IMG/VR virus record: IMGVR_UViG_3300042319_002138
Location: 1 to 64,000 of that record
Direction: 5' to 3' (one strand)
DNA: 64,000 bases
A program made the translations under genes and the position numbers. Below, piece after piece: positions 1 to 10,390 of this stretch. The notes under the pieces were generated by a model. It ran no database searches and was not told where the DNA came from. It saw only the letters and a list, made by a program, of their open reading frames with translations. Each line of letters opens with the position of its first letter. Position 1 is the first letter of the stretch.

Positions 1-2
1 TT

Positions 3-1007
3 AGTGATGATGATTTTAGTAATATTGCCGATGTAACAAGTGGAGGAATTCTTAATATTGATTATGTTGGTACCGCAACAAATGGTTCTGGAGTCTTTAA
101 CGGTCTTACAGGAACAACAAGTGGTTTGGGTAGTGGGGCATCTTTTGATGTTTATATATGTGGAACGACATATAATTCAATTACCGTTGTAACAAGTGGA
201 GTTGATTATGTTGTGGGAGACACAATAACAATATTAGGAACTGATCTTAGTGGTAGTACGCCTACAAATGATATAACAATTACAGTTACTGGTTTTAATC
301 CTAATCAAACGGGATGTGTTTTCATTGCAACAGGAGAAATACCAACAAATTGGAGTAACGGTTCTACTTTAGTGTCTAGCGGTAATTTAGTGGTGAAAGT
401 ATTAGAAAATAATTTAGGTTATGATATTGAGTGGGTTACTGGTGAGATTGGAGCAGGAGTTTATTTAGGATTTAATTCAATCACAGGACCATTGTATAAT
501 ACTTTTAATAGAAACACAACATTTGTTTTAGGTGGTGGAAATTCAATATCGTTTTTTGGACTTGAGCCTAACTTATTAGAGACTTTTATAGGTCCTGTAA
601 GTTTTGTAAACGAGAAAGATGACATAATTTTTGTTGCGGTTGTTGATACGGAAATATTTGACACAGTTGCTGATAATTTGTATTATTTTCCAGTAGAGAT
701 TCAAATTAAACAAGATTTAGATACCACACCAGTTTCAATAAACGGAACTGTAGAATCATTATTTCCTATTAATTTTACTAGTATTTCTTTGTTTTGTAAT
801 GGAAATTACATTCAAACACTTTACGGGAATGGTACCGTAACTGATATGTCAGAACTTATAACTTACTTAAACTCTGAACCAAATATGAGTTATTTGGGGA
901 CATATTCTGACGCTGGAGATGGTTCTGTAAATTTAGAAATGCCAACCAACTTAGTATATCAATTCTGTTCTAGTGGAACATTAACGTTTGAGGTCTTCAA
1001 CAACTAA
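3..1007 (+). CDS. Structural/tail-fibre-like protein (5'-truncated by window edge)
   Basis: Frame is open from base 3 into the listed ORF 126..1007. Gly/Thr/Ser-rich beta-type sequence (GSGASFDV..SGVDYVVGDTITI) typical of virion fibre proteins. Confidence 0.55.
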   Translation, partial: SDDDFSNIADVTSGGILNIDYVGTATNGSGVFNGLTGTTSGLGSGASFDVYICGTTYNSITVVTSGVDYVVGDTITILGTDLSGSTPTNDITITVTGFNPNQTGCVFIATGEIPTNWSNGSTLVSSGNLVVKVLENNLGYDIEWVTGEIGAGVYLGFNSITGPLYNTFNRNTTFVLGGGNSISFFGLEPNLLETFIGPVSFVNEKDDIIFVAVVDTEIFDTVADNLYYFPVEIQIKQDLDTTPVSINGTVESLFPINFTSISLFCNGNYIQTLYGNGTVTDMSELITYLNSEPNMSYLGTYSDAGDGSVNLEMPTNLVYQFCSSGTLTFEVFNN

Positions 1008-1026
1008 CTTTATAAAAATTAAAAAA

Positions 1027-1269
1027 ATGATAAAATATATTAAAAGAAAAAGTGACAATAAGTTTCTACAATCTTTAGAAAATGATGTTTGGGTTGATAA
1101 CTCAAAGGATGCTTATGAAATGACATATAAAGAATGTGAGGAAACAAAAACCACATTACTTAACACATATACTTCTGAAGAAATTACCGAAGTTGTTAAT
1201 ATGTTTAAGAGTAAACCAATGTCAAGAGAAGAAAAAAAAGAACTACTTAATTTATTAAAAAATAAATAA
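1027..1269 (+). CDS. Hypothetical protein
   Basis: ORF; ATG at 1027 after an A-run is more plausible than 988. Confidence 0.6.
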   Translation: MIKYIKRKSDNKFLQSLENDVWVDNSKDAYEMTYKECEETKTTLLNTYTSEEITEVVNMFKSKPMSREEKKELLNLLKNK

Positions 1270-1270
1270 T

Positions 1271-1531
1271 ATGAGAATCTGTATATTATGTGAAGAATCT
1301 AAGGTTTCACAGGCAAGAGAAAAAATGAAAAATGATAATATCTTAAAAATAGATTTATCACCAACAGGAGAATTACCAGCAACACATAAATTATGTGTTA
1401 TGGCAGTAACCGAAGAAAAGGCAAAACAACTTATGGATTCTGCTGAATTAACAATAATTGAGGCAATGAACCCAAGAGAATTTTTGAAAAAGCACAACTT
1501 AAAAAAAATTGGGAAATACGGAAACATATAA
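1271..1531 (+). CDS. Hypothetical protein
   Basis: 86-aa ORF packed between neighbours. Confidence 0.6.
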   Translation: MRICILCEESKVSQAREKMKNDNILKIDLSPTGELPATHKLCVMAVTEEKAKQLMDSAELTIIEAMNPREFLKKHNLKKIGKYGNI

Positions 1532-2144
1532 GATAATAAAAAAATTTATCACAAAAGACGTGGTAGACCAAATAGTAACTTGGCTTGATTCTGTTAATCA
1601 CAATGGTAATGGTAGTAATCATCATCTTACAGAATTATCTAAAACACTTAATGGTAAATCTTGTATATTCGACATATCTAACACCCCCTTAACTAACTAC
1701 ATCACAAAATTTCAAGCAATATCTGATGTTTCAAAAGAACCTTTACCTGATTTTATTTATAAAATTATAGATAGGATATCAGAAGAGTTTAATTTTCCAA
1801 AAGATAACATTTTCTTACAAGCAGTTGACATGGATAAGGGTGGGAAAATAAATCCACATTACGACGCGTCAATTGATGGGTATATTAACTACAAATGTAA
1901 TATATCTGTGTTGTCTGAAAATTATGATTTTTTTGTGGGTGATGAATCAATTAATATTGAAAAAACGGACCTTTATGCGTTTGAAGCGTCTCTTTATAAA
2001 CATTGGACAAACGAATTTAATTCAAGAAGAATACTTTTAAGTTTTGGGTTTGTTTTGCCTTATGAGGTTTTAAATAGAACTGAAAATGAACCAAGAGTAA
2101 GATTAAGTAAAAGGATTGGGAGATACTTTCAACAAAATAATTAA
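1509..2144 (+). CDS. 2OG-Fe(II) oxygenase-like protein
   Basis: HxD (PHYD), distal His (YKHW) and RxxLSF motif; start codon uncertain. Confidence 0.7.
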   Translation: MGNTETYKIIKKFITKDVVDQIVTWLDSVNHNGNGSNHHLTELSKTLNGKSCIFDISNTPLTNYITKFQAISDVSKEPLPDFIYKIIDRISEEFNFPKDNIFLQAVDMDKGGKINPHYDASIDGYINYKCNISVLSENYDFFVGDESINIEKTDLYAFEASLYKHWTNEFNSRRILLSFGFVLPYEVLNRTENEPRVRLSKRIGRYFQQNN

Positions 2145-2197
2145 AATAATTATTATGCTATTGGTTTAGTGTGATATTTATAAATAAAAACAAAAAA

Positions 2198-5100
2198 ATG
2201 GGAAAATTAATTTTAAAAAAAGGTGGCGTTGAGACGCAATATATTAATGGTGTTGACTTTACTACAATAACGCCACAAAATGGTGTTTACTCTGTTGGTG
2301 TTGACCTTGTTACTGGTTATTTTGAAAAACTAAACCCTGACGGTACAATCATAAACTTTGACCAAGATATTACAGGTAGTACAAATACTTATGGTGTAAC
2401 TTATTCAGGATTGGTAAATCATATTACGAGTGGTACATTAGATTCAGGTTCTTTTTATCTAATCACAGATTTTAAAACTTGTTATGACCAGCCTGATTTT
2501 GATTATAACAATAATCCTATTACAAGTGGTAATTACAAACAAGGTCCTGTTGAGCCTATTTTAGTTTTAGCTACTAGTGCAAACACAATCAGTGAGATAG
2601 CTTATCAACCAGCTTATCCTAAAGATAGAATATTATATGATTGGACATTTAATCAAACGGAGGTTACTAGTGGTGTTACTTTTGGTAGAATTACTGAAAG
2701 AATCGATGAGTTCAATAACAGAACTGATTATGACCATAGAAATATTTTATTTAAAAGATATAGATTATTTACTCAAAGAGAAGGTTTAAGAATAAATGGT
2801 ACAATCGAATTACTTAGTGGTGGTACTGTGAATGGTATTGATACATCTTTTACTGGTTTAACTATTGGTGATGTTATTTATATCCCTAATGCTGACCCTA
2901 GTTATTACGAGATTGTAAGTATTTCTGGTGACACATTAATGTCAGTTTCAGGTGATACAATAGGTTCAGTAGGTCTAGGTACAGTAATTTACAAAACAAT
3001 AGAAGAAACTAATGATAGTAATGGTTATTTTAGCTTTAAAAGAACAAATGTTAAAACATCTGATTTTATTGAATACACAACATTTGGAGATGCTCTTAAT
3101 CAAGAATACGCAAAAAATAATTATGTAGGTAATTACGCTAATAACTATACAAATTTAGGTTCTGGAACTTTTATATTAGCAAATAATGTATTATTAGAAG
3201 GACAATATGAAAGTAATAAATTTGGTGATTATTGTTATAACAACACATTTGGAACCGACAATCAAAATAACGTTTGGGGGGATTGGTGTTATGAAAACGT
3301 ATCAGTAAACGATATTGATGATTGTATTATAGGTCATTATTTTAATCGTAACTTAATAAATGCAAATTTATACTCTAACCATATTGGTAATGATTTTAAT
3401 AATAACCGATTATTGAATGAGAATGGTACTGATTTTGAAGACAACATTATTGGTAATGGTTTTAGTAACAATCTTATTTATTCTGGGTTTTATAAAAATG
3501 AAATATTAGATAATTTTAACGATAATGTAATTGGTGACTTCGGTAACTTAGATAATTTTGAATTTTATAGAAATTATATTCGTAATAATTTTAACGAAAA
3601 TATCATAAGACAAAATTTCCAAAACAATCAAATTGGTACAAACTACCAAGAGAATACTATTAATGGCGATTCTCAAGGTAACACAATACTTAATGGGTTT
3701 AATAATAATCAAATTGGTAGTTATTTTAATCACAATCTTATTGGTAATGGTTTTAATAATAATACAGTTAATGATAGTTTTTATAATAATGAAACTAAAA
3801 ATTATTTTAATGGTAATATTATTAGTAATGAATTTTTTACCAACGATATAGGTACAAACTTTTATAATAACAACCCATCTAATTTAGATTTATTTGGGTG
3901 GAACGACTTATCAACAGTATCAACAAGAACATATGATACTTTTTATAATTCACTTAATGGTGATTTTGGGAAAATTTTAGGTAAAGAACTTGTGATGGAG
4001 GTTACATCAACATCACAATATTTCAAGATTAAATTTACACAATGGTCAACTAACGACAATGGATTTCAATACACAAGAGAAGAAATTGATTCTTCTGGTA
4101 ATAGTTTAGGTCCTGTTATAGCATTCACTTTAGTTAATGGTGGAACTGACGTGGATTACATTGTTCCAGGTGATGTAGAAATAACAAGAAGTGGTACTGA
4201 CCCTATTTATAATTCTTTTGCTGAACCTGGTTGGGATAGTTCAGTTTCACCAAGTGGTACATCATGGAACTCTATATATACTGAGCCTAATAATGGTGAA
4301 AGATTCGCATATAATAAAATAGGAAATGAGTTTCAAAATAACACAATAGGAAATGATTTTGGTTTCGGAGGTAGTGACGACCATGGTAATGTAATAAACG
4401 ATGTGTTTGAAAATAATACTATTGGACAATTTATGTACGATAATGTTATAGGTAATTACTTTACCAACAATATTATCGGTGATAACTTTGAGACTAACTC
4501 AATAAAAAATAACTTCGAAAATAATACTATAGGTAATACATTTACAGGTAACGATATTGAAAATTTCTTTGTTGGAAATACAGTAGTTGATGGTTTTGAA
4601 GGTAATGAAATAGGTAACTACTTTGGGAATGATGGTTCGGGTCCTGGTTCACCAGTTCAAAATATTATTTTTGATGATTTTAAATACAATAAGATTGGTA
4701 ATTTCTTTGGTAATGACACTAACTACCCTACTGTTGGTGGTGGTTCAAATGGGGATGGTGGAAACATCATAAACACTGGATTCCAATTTAACGTGATTGG
4801 TGATAATGTAATATTTAACGCACTAAACTTAAACTTCACCAATAATAAAATTGGAAACGTCTTTTGGTTTAACGTTTTTGGGTCAAACAACAACAATAAT
4901 ACAATAGGGAATTTATTTGTCGGTAACTCAGGTATTGGTGGACTCCCAATTGAAATTGGTGATAACTTTATATCTAATAATTTGGGTAACTACTCAGCGT
5001 TTAACGAAATTGGTACTGATTTCCAATATAACAAGGTTGGTCATTTCTTTGGTAACGCTGGTAGTGGAACACAAAACATTATTTCTAATGGATTTAACAA

Positions 5101-5449
5101 TAACAACATCGGTAATTACTTTGGTGATGACGGTTCTCAAACTAGTGGGGGTAATAATATTGGGATTAACTTTACATTGAATGAAATTGATTCTCTTTTC
5201 TATTCCAACACTATTGGTGATGACTTTAACAACAACACAGTGGGTAACGGTTTCTTCGAAAACACAGTGGGGAATGACTTCAAAATAAATCAAATAGACT
5301 ACTCACCAAATAGTATAGATTTCACAACGGGGGCAACTCACGTATACGGTGATTATAACTGTATAATATTCAAAAGACCTGATAGTACATTAAGATTATC
5401 TTACTACGATAACTCAGATGTGTTAAACATAACAAACATTGACGCATAA
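2198..5449 (+). CDS. Tail fibre/spike-like beta-helix repeat protein
   Basis: Dozens of ~9-aa Asn-rich NNxIGNxF repeats; ATG at 2198 downstream of the ATATTTAT motif. Confidence 0.65.
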   Translation: MGKLILKKGGVETQYINGVDFTTITPQNGVYSVGVDLVTGYFEKLNPDGTIINFDQDITGSTNTYGVTYSGLVNHITSGTLDSGSFYLITDFKTCYDQPDFDYNNNPITSGNYKQGPVEPILVLATSANTISEIAYQPAYPKDRILYDWTFNQTEVTSGVTFGRITERIDEFNNRTDYDHRNILFKRYRLFTQREGLRINGTIELLSGGTVNGIDTSFTGLTIGDVIYIPNADPSYYEIVSISGDTLMSVSGDTIGSVGLGTVIYKTIEETNDSNGYFSFKRTNVKTSDFIEYTTFGDALNQEYAKNNYVGNYANNYTNLGSGTFILANNVLLEGQYESNKFGDYCYNNTFGTDNQNNVWGDWCYENVSVNDIDDCIIGHYFNRNLINANLYSNHIGNDFNNNRLLNENGTDFEDNIIGNGFSNNLIYSGFYKNEILDNFNDNVIGDFGNLDNFEFYRNYIRNNFNENIIRQNFQNNQIGTNYQENTINGDSQGNTILNGFNNNQIGSYFNHNLIGNGFNNNTVNDSFYNNETKNYFNGNIISNEFFTNDIGTNFYNNNPSNLDLFGWNDLSTVSTRTYDTFYNSLNGDFGKILGKELVMEVTSTSQYFKIKFTQWSTNDNGFQYTREEIDSSGNSLGPVIAFTLVNGGTDVDYIVPGDVEITRSGTDPIYNSFAEPGWDSSVSPSGTSWNSIYTEPNNGERFAYNKIGNEFQNNTIGNDFGFGGSDDHGNVINDVFENNTIGQFMYDNVIGNYFTNNIIGDNFETNSIKNNFENNTIGNTFTGNDIENFFVGNTVVDGFEGNEIGNYFGNDGSGPGSPVQNIIFDDFKYNKIGNFFGNDTNYPTVGGGSNGDGGNIINTGFQFNVIGDNVIFNALNLNFTNNKIGNVFWFNVFGSNNNNNTIGNLFVGNSGIGGLPIEIGDNFISNNLGNYSAFNEIGTDFQYNKVGHFFGNAGSGTQNIISNGFNNNNIGNYFGDDGSQTSGGNNIGINFTLNEIDSLFYSNTIGDDFNNNTVGNGFFENTVGNDFKINQIDYSPNSIDFTTGATHVYGDYNCIIFKRPDSTLRLSYYDNSDVLNITNIDA

Positions 5450-5478
5450 TAATAAGAAAATTAAAAAATAAAAATAAA

Positions 5479-5865
5479 ATGGCAAGTGCAAATTTTAATA
5501 CAAAAATACTTTCATCAAATTATGAAAAACAAAATACTGAATATTTTTTAGATGATGTAATAACAAAAGGTTTTAACGGTCCTTATTCGTATAGTTTTAC
5601 TAATGAAGTCCCTAACGGTGTAACATTAGACGGAGATATGTTAACAATAGCAGAAAGATTAACTTTTGTTTTGTCAATAACAGTAAATGCTGGAGATGAA
5701 AATAACCCTACATCTGCTATAGCGACAACAAACGTAACTATTGACACCACAAAAGATTATGCTAAAGAGGTGGAAATTCTATTGGACAATCCAGGAATAA
5801 CTCAAAAAGTAACTGACACTAAAAATAATTGGACTTCAATAATTAATGGTCAAGAACCTGCTTAA
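5479..5865 (+). CDS. Hypothetical (probable structural) protein
   Basis: 128-aa ORF following the fibre gene on the same strand. Confidence 0.6.
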   Translation: MASANFNTKILSSNYEKQNTEYFLDDVITKGFNGPYSYSFTNEVPNGVTLDGDMLTIAERLTFVLSITVNAGDENNPTSAIATTNVTIDTTKDYAKEVEILLDNPGITQKVTDTKNNWTSIINGQEPA

Positions 5866-5881
5866 ATTATTTTAATTATTT

Positions 5882-6277
5882 ATGGCACAAAATTTCTTCA
5901 TAAAGAAAAATTCAGAATTACCGATTTTACAAATGAAGGTAATTAATGATGGTCGTAATGATTACAAAAAGATATTTGATAATCTTGAGAATGCTGCGAT
6001 TACTTTTTCTATGAAGGAAGTTGATTGTAGTACTTGTAAATTTAAAGTATTCAACAAACCTGCTTTAATCATACCAGTAGAAAATGAGGCTTGTGGAGTG
6101 ACAGAATATTATATTGGTTATAAGTTTAGTAAAAATGAAACTAATATGGCAGGAACATTTAAAGCAGAATTTAAAATAGATTTTTTAGATGATGGTTGTT
6201 CCTTAATTGTTCCCATATACGAAGATTTATATGTAACAATAGCCGACAGTTTTGTAAATTCAAAAATAGTATGTTAA
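5882..6277 (+). CDS. Hypothetical structural protein (BppU/Ig-like baseplate-type fold possible)
   Basis: FFIKKN..LP.L....YKF...ET...G.F.AEFKI pattern resembles phage baseplate-upper-like domains. Confidence 0.45.
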   Translation: MAQNFFIKKNSELPILQMKVINDGRNDYKKIFDNLENAAITFSMKEVDCSTCKFKVFNKPALIIPVENEACGVTEYYIGYKFSKNETNMAGTFKAEFKIDFLDDGCSLIVPIYEDLYVTIADSFVNSKIVC

Positions 6278-6280
6278 AAT

Positions 6281-6317
6281 AAAGAATCCCCCAATCACTT
6301 GGGGGATTTTCTTTTTT
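6281..6317. terminator. Bidirectional intrinsic terminator
   Basis: aatcccccaa-tcac-ttgggggatt hairpin with A/T flanks, between convergent genes. Confidence 0.8.
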
Positions 6318-8799
6318 AGGACTTACTTTCAGTACCACTGATTATTTCAACAGTAACGTCATTTTTAGCATAACCAATTTTAATGGTATCCCCTTCTTTG
6401 ACATCACCCTCCATCATTCTTTCAGCGATAGGGTCTTCAACGTACTTTTGGATTGCTCTGTTAAGAGGTCTAGCTCCATACTTCTCATCGTAACCAATTT
6501 CAACTAAATGGTCTCTCATTTTTGTAGAAATCTTGATGTTGTAACCCATTTCAGCCATTCTATCTCTTAAATCGTTAAGAGGTAACTCAACAATATTCTT
6601 GATATCTTCTTTTCCTAAAGATTGGAAGATGATGATATCATCAAGACGGTTCAAAAATTCAGGTGAAAAAGCTTTCTTAACTGACTCTTCGATTACGTTG
6701 TTACGGATATCTTCCAAGTTTTCAATTTTAGCTTTTGTACCAAAACCAACACCTGTACCAAAATCCTGTAGTTTTCTAGCCCCTACGTTAGATGTCATGA
6801 TAATTAAAGTATTCTTAAAGTCTACTTTTCTACCAAGACCATCCGTTAAGTGACCCTCATCCAATACTTGGAGTAGGATGTTGAATACATCAGGGTGTGC
6901 CTTCTCAATCTCATCTAACAAGATAACTGAATAAGGTTTTCTTCTAACTTTCTCAGTCAACTGACCACCTTCTTCATAACCAACATACCCTGGAGGAGCT
7001 CCCACTAATTTAGAGATTGCGTGTTTTTCCATGTATTCAGACATATCCACTCTAATCATAGAATCTGCAGTACCAAACATTTCTTTGGCCAACATTTTAG
7101 CTAAGTGAGTTTTACCTACACCAGTTGGTCCTAAGAAAATAAATGAACCGATTGGTTTTCCTTGTTGTTTAATCCCCATTCTATTTCTACGAATAGCTTT
7201 TGAGATTTGCTCAACAGCAGAATCTTGACCGATTACCTTACTTGTTATTTCTTTGGACATGTTTTTGAGTCTTATCAACTCGTCCTGACCAACCTTAGTC
7301 ACAGGAATACCTGTAATCAATGAAACAACTTTAGCAACATCTTCTTCAGTAATTTCTTTTCTTTCTGAATTGAGATTACTAGTCCAAACGCTTGTCTCTA
7401 TATCCAAACTTTCTTTTAGTTTTCTTTCTTCATCACGAAGACGTGCAGCTTCTTCATATCTTTGAGCTTTAACCACATCAATTTTAGCCTTATCGATATC
7501 AACAATCTTGTTCTCTAAGTCTAAAATAACTTGTGGTGGTTTTGCGTGAACTTGTGACCTAGCACCTACCTCATCCATGATATCGATAGCTTTATCAGGT
7601 TGTTCACGGTCACTGATATATCTATCAGCTAATTTAACACAAGCTTCAATTGCCTCATCAGTATATCTTACTTTGTGGTGGTCCTCATACTTATCCTTAA
7701 TGTTTTTAAGAATAATTAATGTTTCCTCAGAAGATGGTGGTTCAACCATTACAGTTTGGAATCTTCTAGTTAATGCACCGTCTTTCTCAAAGTTTTCACG
7801 ATACTCATCAAGAGTTGTTGCCCCAATACATTGAATTTCACCACGTGCTAAAGCTGGCTTCAAGATGTTTGATGCGTCAAGAGAACCAGAAGCGTTACCA
7901 GCACCAACCATAGTATGGATTTCATCAATGAAAAGAATAACGTCATCAACCTTTTCCAATTCTTGCATAATACCTTTTAAACGTTCCTCAAATTGGCCAC
8001 GGTATTTAGTACCTGCAACTAATAGAGCCATGTCAAGGGATACTACTCTCGTATTGAACAAAATTCTAGGACATTTTTTCTGAACAATTTTTAGAGCTAA
8101 CCCTTCTACAATCGCTGTTTTACCAACACCTGGTTCACCAATCAAGATTGGGTTGTTTTTCTTTCTTCTACTCAATACCTGAGCAACTCTTTCAACTTCA
8201 TCGTCTCTACCAATAATTGGGTCAATCCCACCTTTTGCAGCAATATCGGTAATATCTCTACCAAAATTATCCAGAATAGGTGTGTTGGATTTAGTACTGC
8301 CCTTCTTACCTTTTAAACCATCCATTTCATCGTAATCGTCTGTAATTCCACTCATGTTAATTTGTTTTTTTATTTCTATTAATCTTTGTTTAAAACTTTT
8401 ATAATCAAGACCCTGATGTTCCAAAACTTTAGTACAATCAAGTTCTCTATTTTTTAAAATTGCTAACATTAGGTGTTCTTCCCCAATGTGTTTATCCCCT
8501 AATTTATCTGATTCCAGTTCTGCTATGTTTAAGACAGATTTAGAACTTTTACTCAAAGGTAGTAATTTTATTTCATATTTCGGGTTTTTAATTTTTAATC
8601 TTATGTAAGATTCGACTTTTGAAGTTAATTCGTCAACATCTAAACCCATATTTCTTATAACATCAGTAACACTATTGTTGTTATCAAAAAAAAGAGCTAA
8701 AACTATATGGTCTGGACTAATATCACTCCCACCTAATCTAACGGACTCTCTAAATGATTCCTGTATTATTAATCTAATTTTTTCTCCTATGGGTTTCAT
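6316..8799 (-). CDS. clpC: ATP-dependent Clp protease ATP-binding subunit ClpC
   Basis: Clp N repeats, two AAA+ modules ([16 protein letters not shown]; IDEIH, LDEIEK), UVR middle domain ([11 protein letters not shown]), VGF ClpP-docking loop (GVGFG), YGARPL. Confidence 0.93.
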   Translation of the reverse strand: MKPIGEKIRLIIQESFRESVRLGGSDISPDHIVLALFFDNNNSVTDVIRNMGLDVDELTSKVESYIRLKIKNPKYEIKLLPLSKSSKSVLNIAELESDKLGDKHIGEEHLMLAILKNRELDCTKVLEHQGLDYKSFKQRLIEIKKQINMSGITDDYDEMDGLKGKKGSTKSNTPILDNFGRDITDIAAKGGIDPIIGRDDEVERVAQVLSRRKKNNPILIGEPGVGKTAIVEGLALKIVQKKCPRILFNTRVVSLDMALLVAGTKYRGQFEERLKGIMQELEKVDDVILFIDEIHTMVGAGNASGSLDASNILKPALARGEIQCIGATTLDEYRENFEKDGALTRRFQTVMVEPPSSEETLIILKNIKDKYEDHHKVRYTDEAIEACVKLADRYISDREQPDKAIDIMDEVGARSQVHAKPPQVILDLENKIVDIDKAKIDVVKAQRYEEAARLRDEERKLKESLDIETSVWTSNLNSERKEITEEDVAKVVSLITGIPVTKVGQDELIRLKNMSKEITSKVIGQDSAVEQISKAIRRNRMGIKQQGKPIGSFIFLGPTGVGKTHLAKMLAKEMFGTADSMIRVDMSEYMEKHAISKLVGAPPGYVGYEEGGQLTEKVRRKPYSVILLDEIEKAHPDVFNILLQVLDEGHLTDGLGRKVDFKNTLIIMTSNVGARKLQDFGTGVGFGTKAKIENLEDIRNNVIEESVKKAFSPEFLNRLDDIIIFQSLGKEDIKNIVELPLNDLRDRMAEMGYNIKISTKMRDHLVEIGYDEKYGARPLNRAIQKYVEDPIAERMMEGDVKEGDTIKIGYAKNDVTVEIISGTESKS

Positions 8800-8807
8800 T
8801 CACACAA

Positions 8808-8838
8808 CAAGTATAATTACTTTTTTTAAAATAGACAA
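8808..8838 (-). promoter_or_regulatory. Bacteroidota-type sigma-A-like promoter for clpC
   Basis: Minus strand TTG-N20-TATACTTG, one mismatch to TAnnTTTG. Confidence 0.4.
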
Positions 8839-8925
8839 CTGAATTGACTTTTTTTAACAAGATAATTAAAGTTAACACAGTTCTCAATAAAAGAATTATA
8901 ACAATTTATTTATTATATTTAAAGT

Positions 8926-9141
8926 ATGTATAAAGAATTAACAATTATTTTTAAAAATAACCCCAATAGTGATGATGATTTTGATGGGGGTACACATTCA
9001 GTAACCTACGAAAAGGCAGCTTTTCAATTAGTAGGTGATTATATGGTATTACATTTACAAAAAGAAGATGATGCTGGAAATGGTTATGTAGAAGGCCACA
9101 TATTACCAATAAATTCAATTAAATCTTATAAAGGGGTTTAA
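8926..9141 (+). CDS. Hypothetical protein
   Basis: 71-aa ORF; upstream TTGACT-N17-TAAAGT at 8844-8872. Confidence 0.6.
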   Translation: MYKELTIIFKNNPNSDDDFDGGTHSVTYEKAAFQLVGDYMVLHLQKEDDAGNGYVEGHILPINSIKSYKGV

Positions 9142-9142
9142 T

Positions 9143-9442
9143 ATGGCGGTAGTAAAAAAAATAGAAAAAGAAGATGGTGTTGTTGAGTGTTTAATTGACT
9201 CATCAAACATTATAATGTCTGAATACGACGAAACTAAAAGTACTTTAGCTATTACATTTAAAGCGGGTACAAAATACCTTTATAAAGAAGTTTTAAAAAG
9301 GGATTATGTTCGTTTTGAAGTTTCTGAAAGCCAAGGAGAAGTTTTTAATAAAACTTTACGTAAATATGTATACGAAAAATTAGATAATATAGACGTTTCT
9401 CCTTTAAAAGAACAAATTAAGGAAATAAAAGGTATTGTTTAA
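9143..9442 (+). CDS. KTSC domain protein
   Basis: SSNI..EYD....L.ITFK.G..YLY..V....Y..F..SESQG..FN pattern. Confidence 0.8.
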   Translation: MAVVKKIEKEDGVVECLIDSSNIIMSEYDETKSTLAITFKAGTKYLYKEVLKRDYVRFEVSESQGEVFNKTLRKYVYEKLDNIDVSPLKEQIKEIKGIV

Positions 9443-9771
9443 TTTTTTGTGTAAGATACTACATCTACAATATCCATACATGGAGGGTTAACATCTGACT
9501 TACTTTTCGCAATAAAAACAAAAACAGGTCCTTCAGTGTAAACAATATATTTAAGTTCATCTGATATACCACCGTAACCTAAAAATTTAATTGTAATCTC
9601 TTCAAACCCTAGTTCGGATAATTTTCTTGATACTAGGGTTTTTACACTTTCCCCCGTACAATCAATGGAACTTAAAATATTTACAATTTCATTTGCAGTA
9701 TATTCCTGAATTCTTATTTCAGTTAATCTTTGTAACTGTGATTCTGTTAGTATAATATTTTTTCTTCTCAT
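9439..9771 (-). CDS. Hypothetical protein with IILTESQL leader
   Basis: Start reassigned to ATG 9771 (MRRKNIILTESQLQRL), just after the upstream gene's stop. Confidence 0.65.
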   Translation of the reverse strand: MRRKNIILTESQLQRLTEIRIQEYTANEIVNILSSIDCTGESVKTLVSRKLSELGFEEITIKFLGYGGISDELKYIVYTEGPVFVFIAKSKSDVNPPCMDIVDVVSYTKN

Positions 9772-9775
9772 ATTA

Positions 9776-10357
9776 TTAATTTTCATTGTAGTCTTCATCA
9801 TAATCTTCATCATAGTCAGAAGGGTCAAATCCAGATTCTCTTCTTTCAAAATCTTCTACATCTAACCCAGCTTCATAAGCTCTACCTTCTTCAAAGGCTT
9901 TATAATAAGTTGCTTCAACCCCCTCTTCGTAACCTTTTTGATATCCGTCTTGGATAGCTTCGTCATAACCTTCGTCATAACCTTTCTCGTATTTTTCTTC
10001 TAACTTATCTTCCATATCCCGTTTAGCTTCAGAATATCCATCACGATGACCCATATCATACCCTTGGGATTCACCTTCACTATAACCATTTTGACTCCCT
10101 GTATCTATACCCCTTTCATAAGCATTATAACCAAATTCATATAATGATTTAATTAAACTATCTAATTGTATAGTGTTTAAACCAAGATTATAAATAGAAT
10201 TAACTAAAGGACTAGTTTCGGTATTAAAAATATAAAAACCAAAATCATCAAATCTAGATAGTTTATTAGCTATTTCAGATTTTGAGGTTGGTTCAGATTC
10301 CCTAACCCAATCAAAATCGTTGTCTTCTTTTAATATTTTCTTAATTGTATTTCTCAT
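9776..10357 (-). CDS. Hypothetical protein with GYxxG repeats and KKILKE..DFDW leader
   Basis: Yae1/FliH-like GYxxG repeats; preceded by ATATTTAT on the minus strand. Confidence 0.65.
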   Translation of the reverse strand: MRNTIKKILKEDNDFDWVRESEPTSKSEIANKLSRFDDFGFYIFNTETSPLVNSIYNLGLNTIQLDSLIKSLYEFGYNAYERGIDTGSQNGYSEGESQGYDMGHRDGYSEAKRDMEDKLEEKYEKGYDEGYDEAIQDGYQKGYEEGVEATYYKAFEEGRAYEAGLDVEDFERRESGFDPSDYDEDYDEDYNEN

Positions 10358-10366
10358 TATCATTTA

Positions 10367-10386
10367 ATAAATATCATGATATTTAT
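10367..10386. promoter_or_regulatory. Back-to-back ATATTTAT putative late promoters (perfect 20-bp palindrome)
   Basis: ataaatatca|tgatatttat between divergent genes, one motif facing each gene. Confidence 0.65.
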
Positions 10387-10390
10387 GAAT

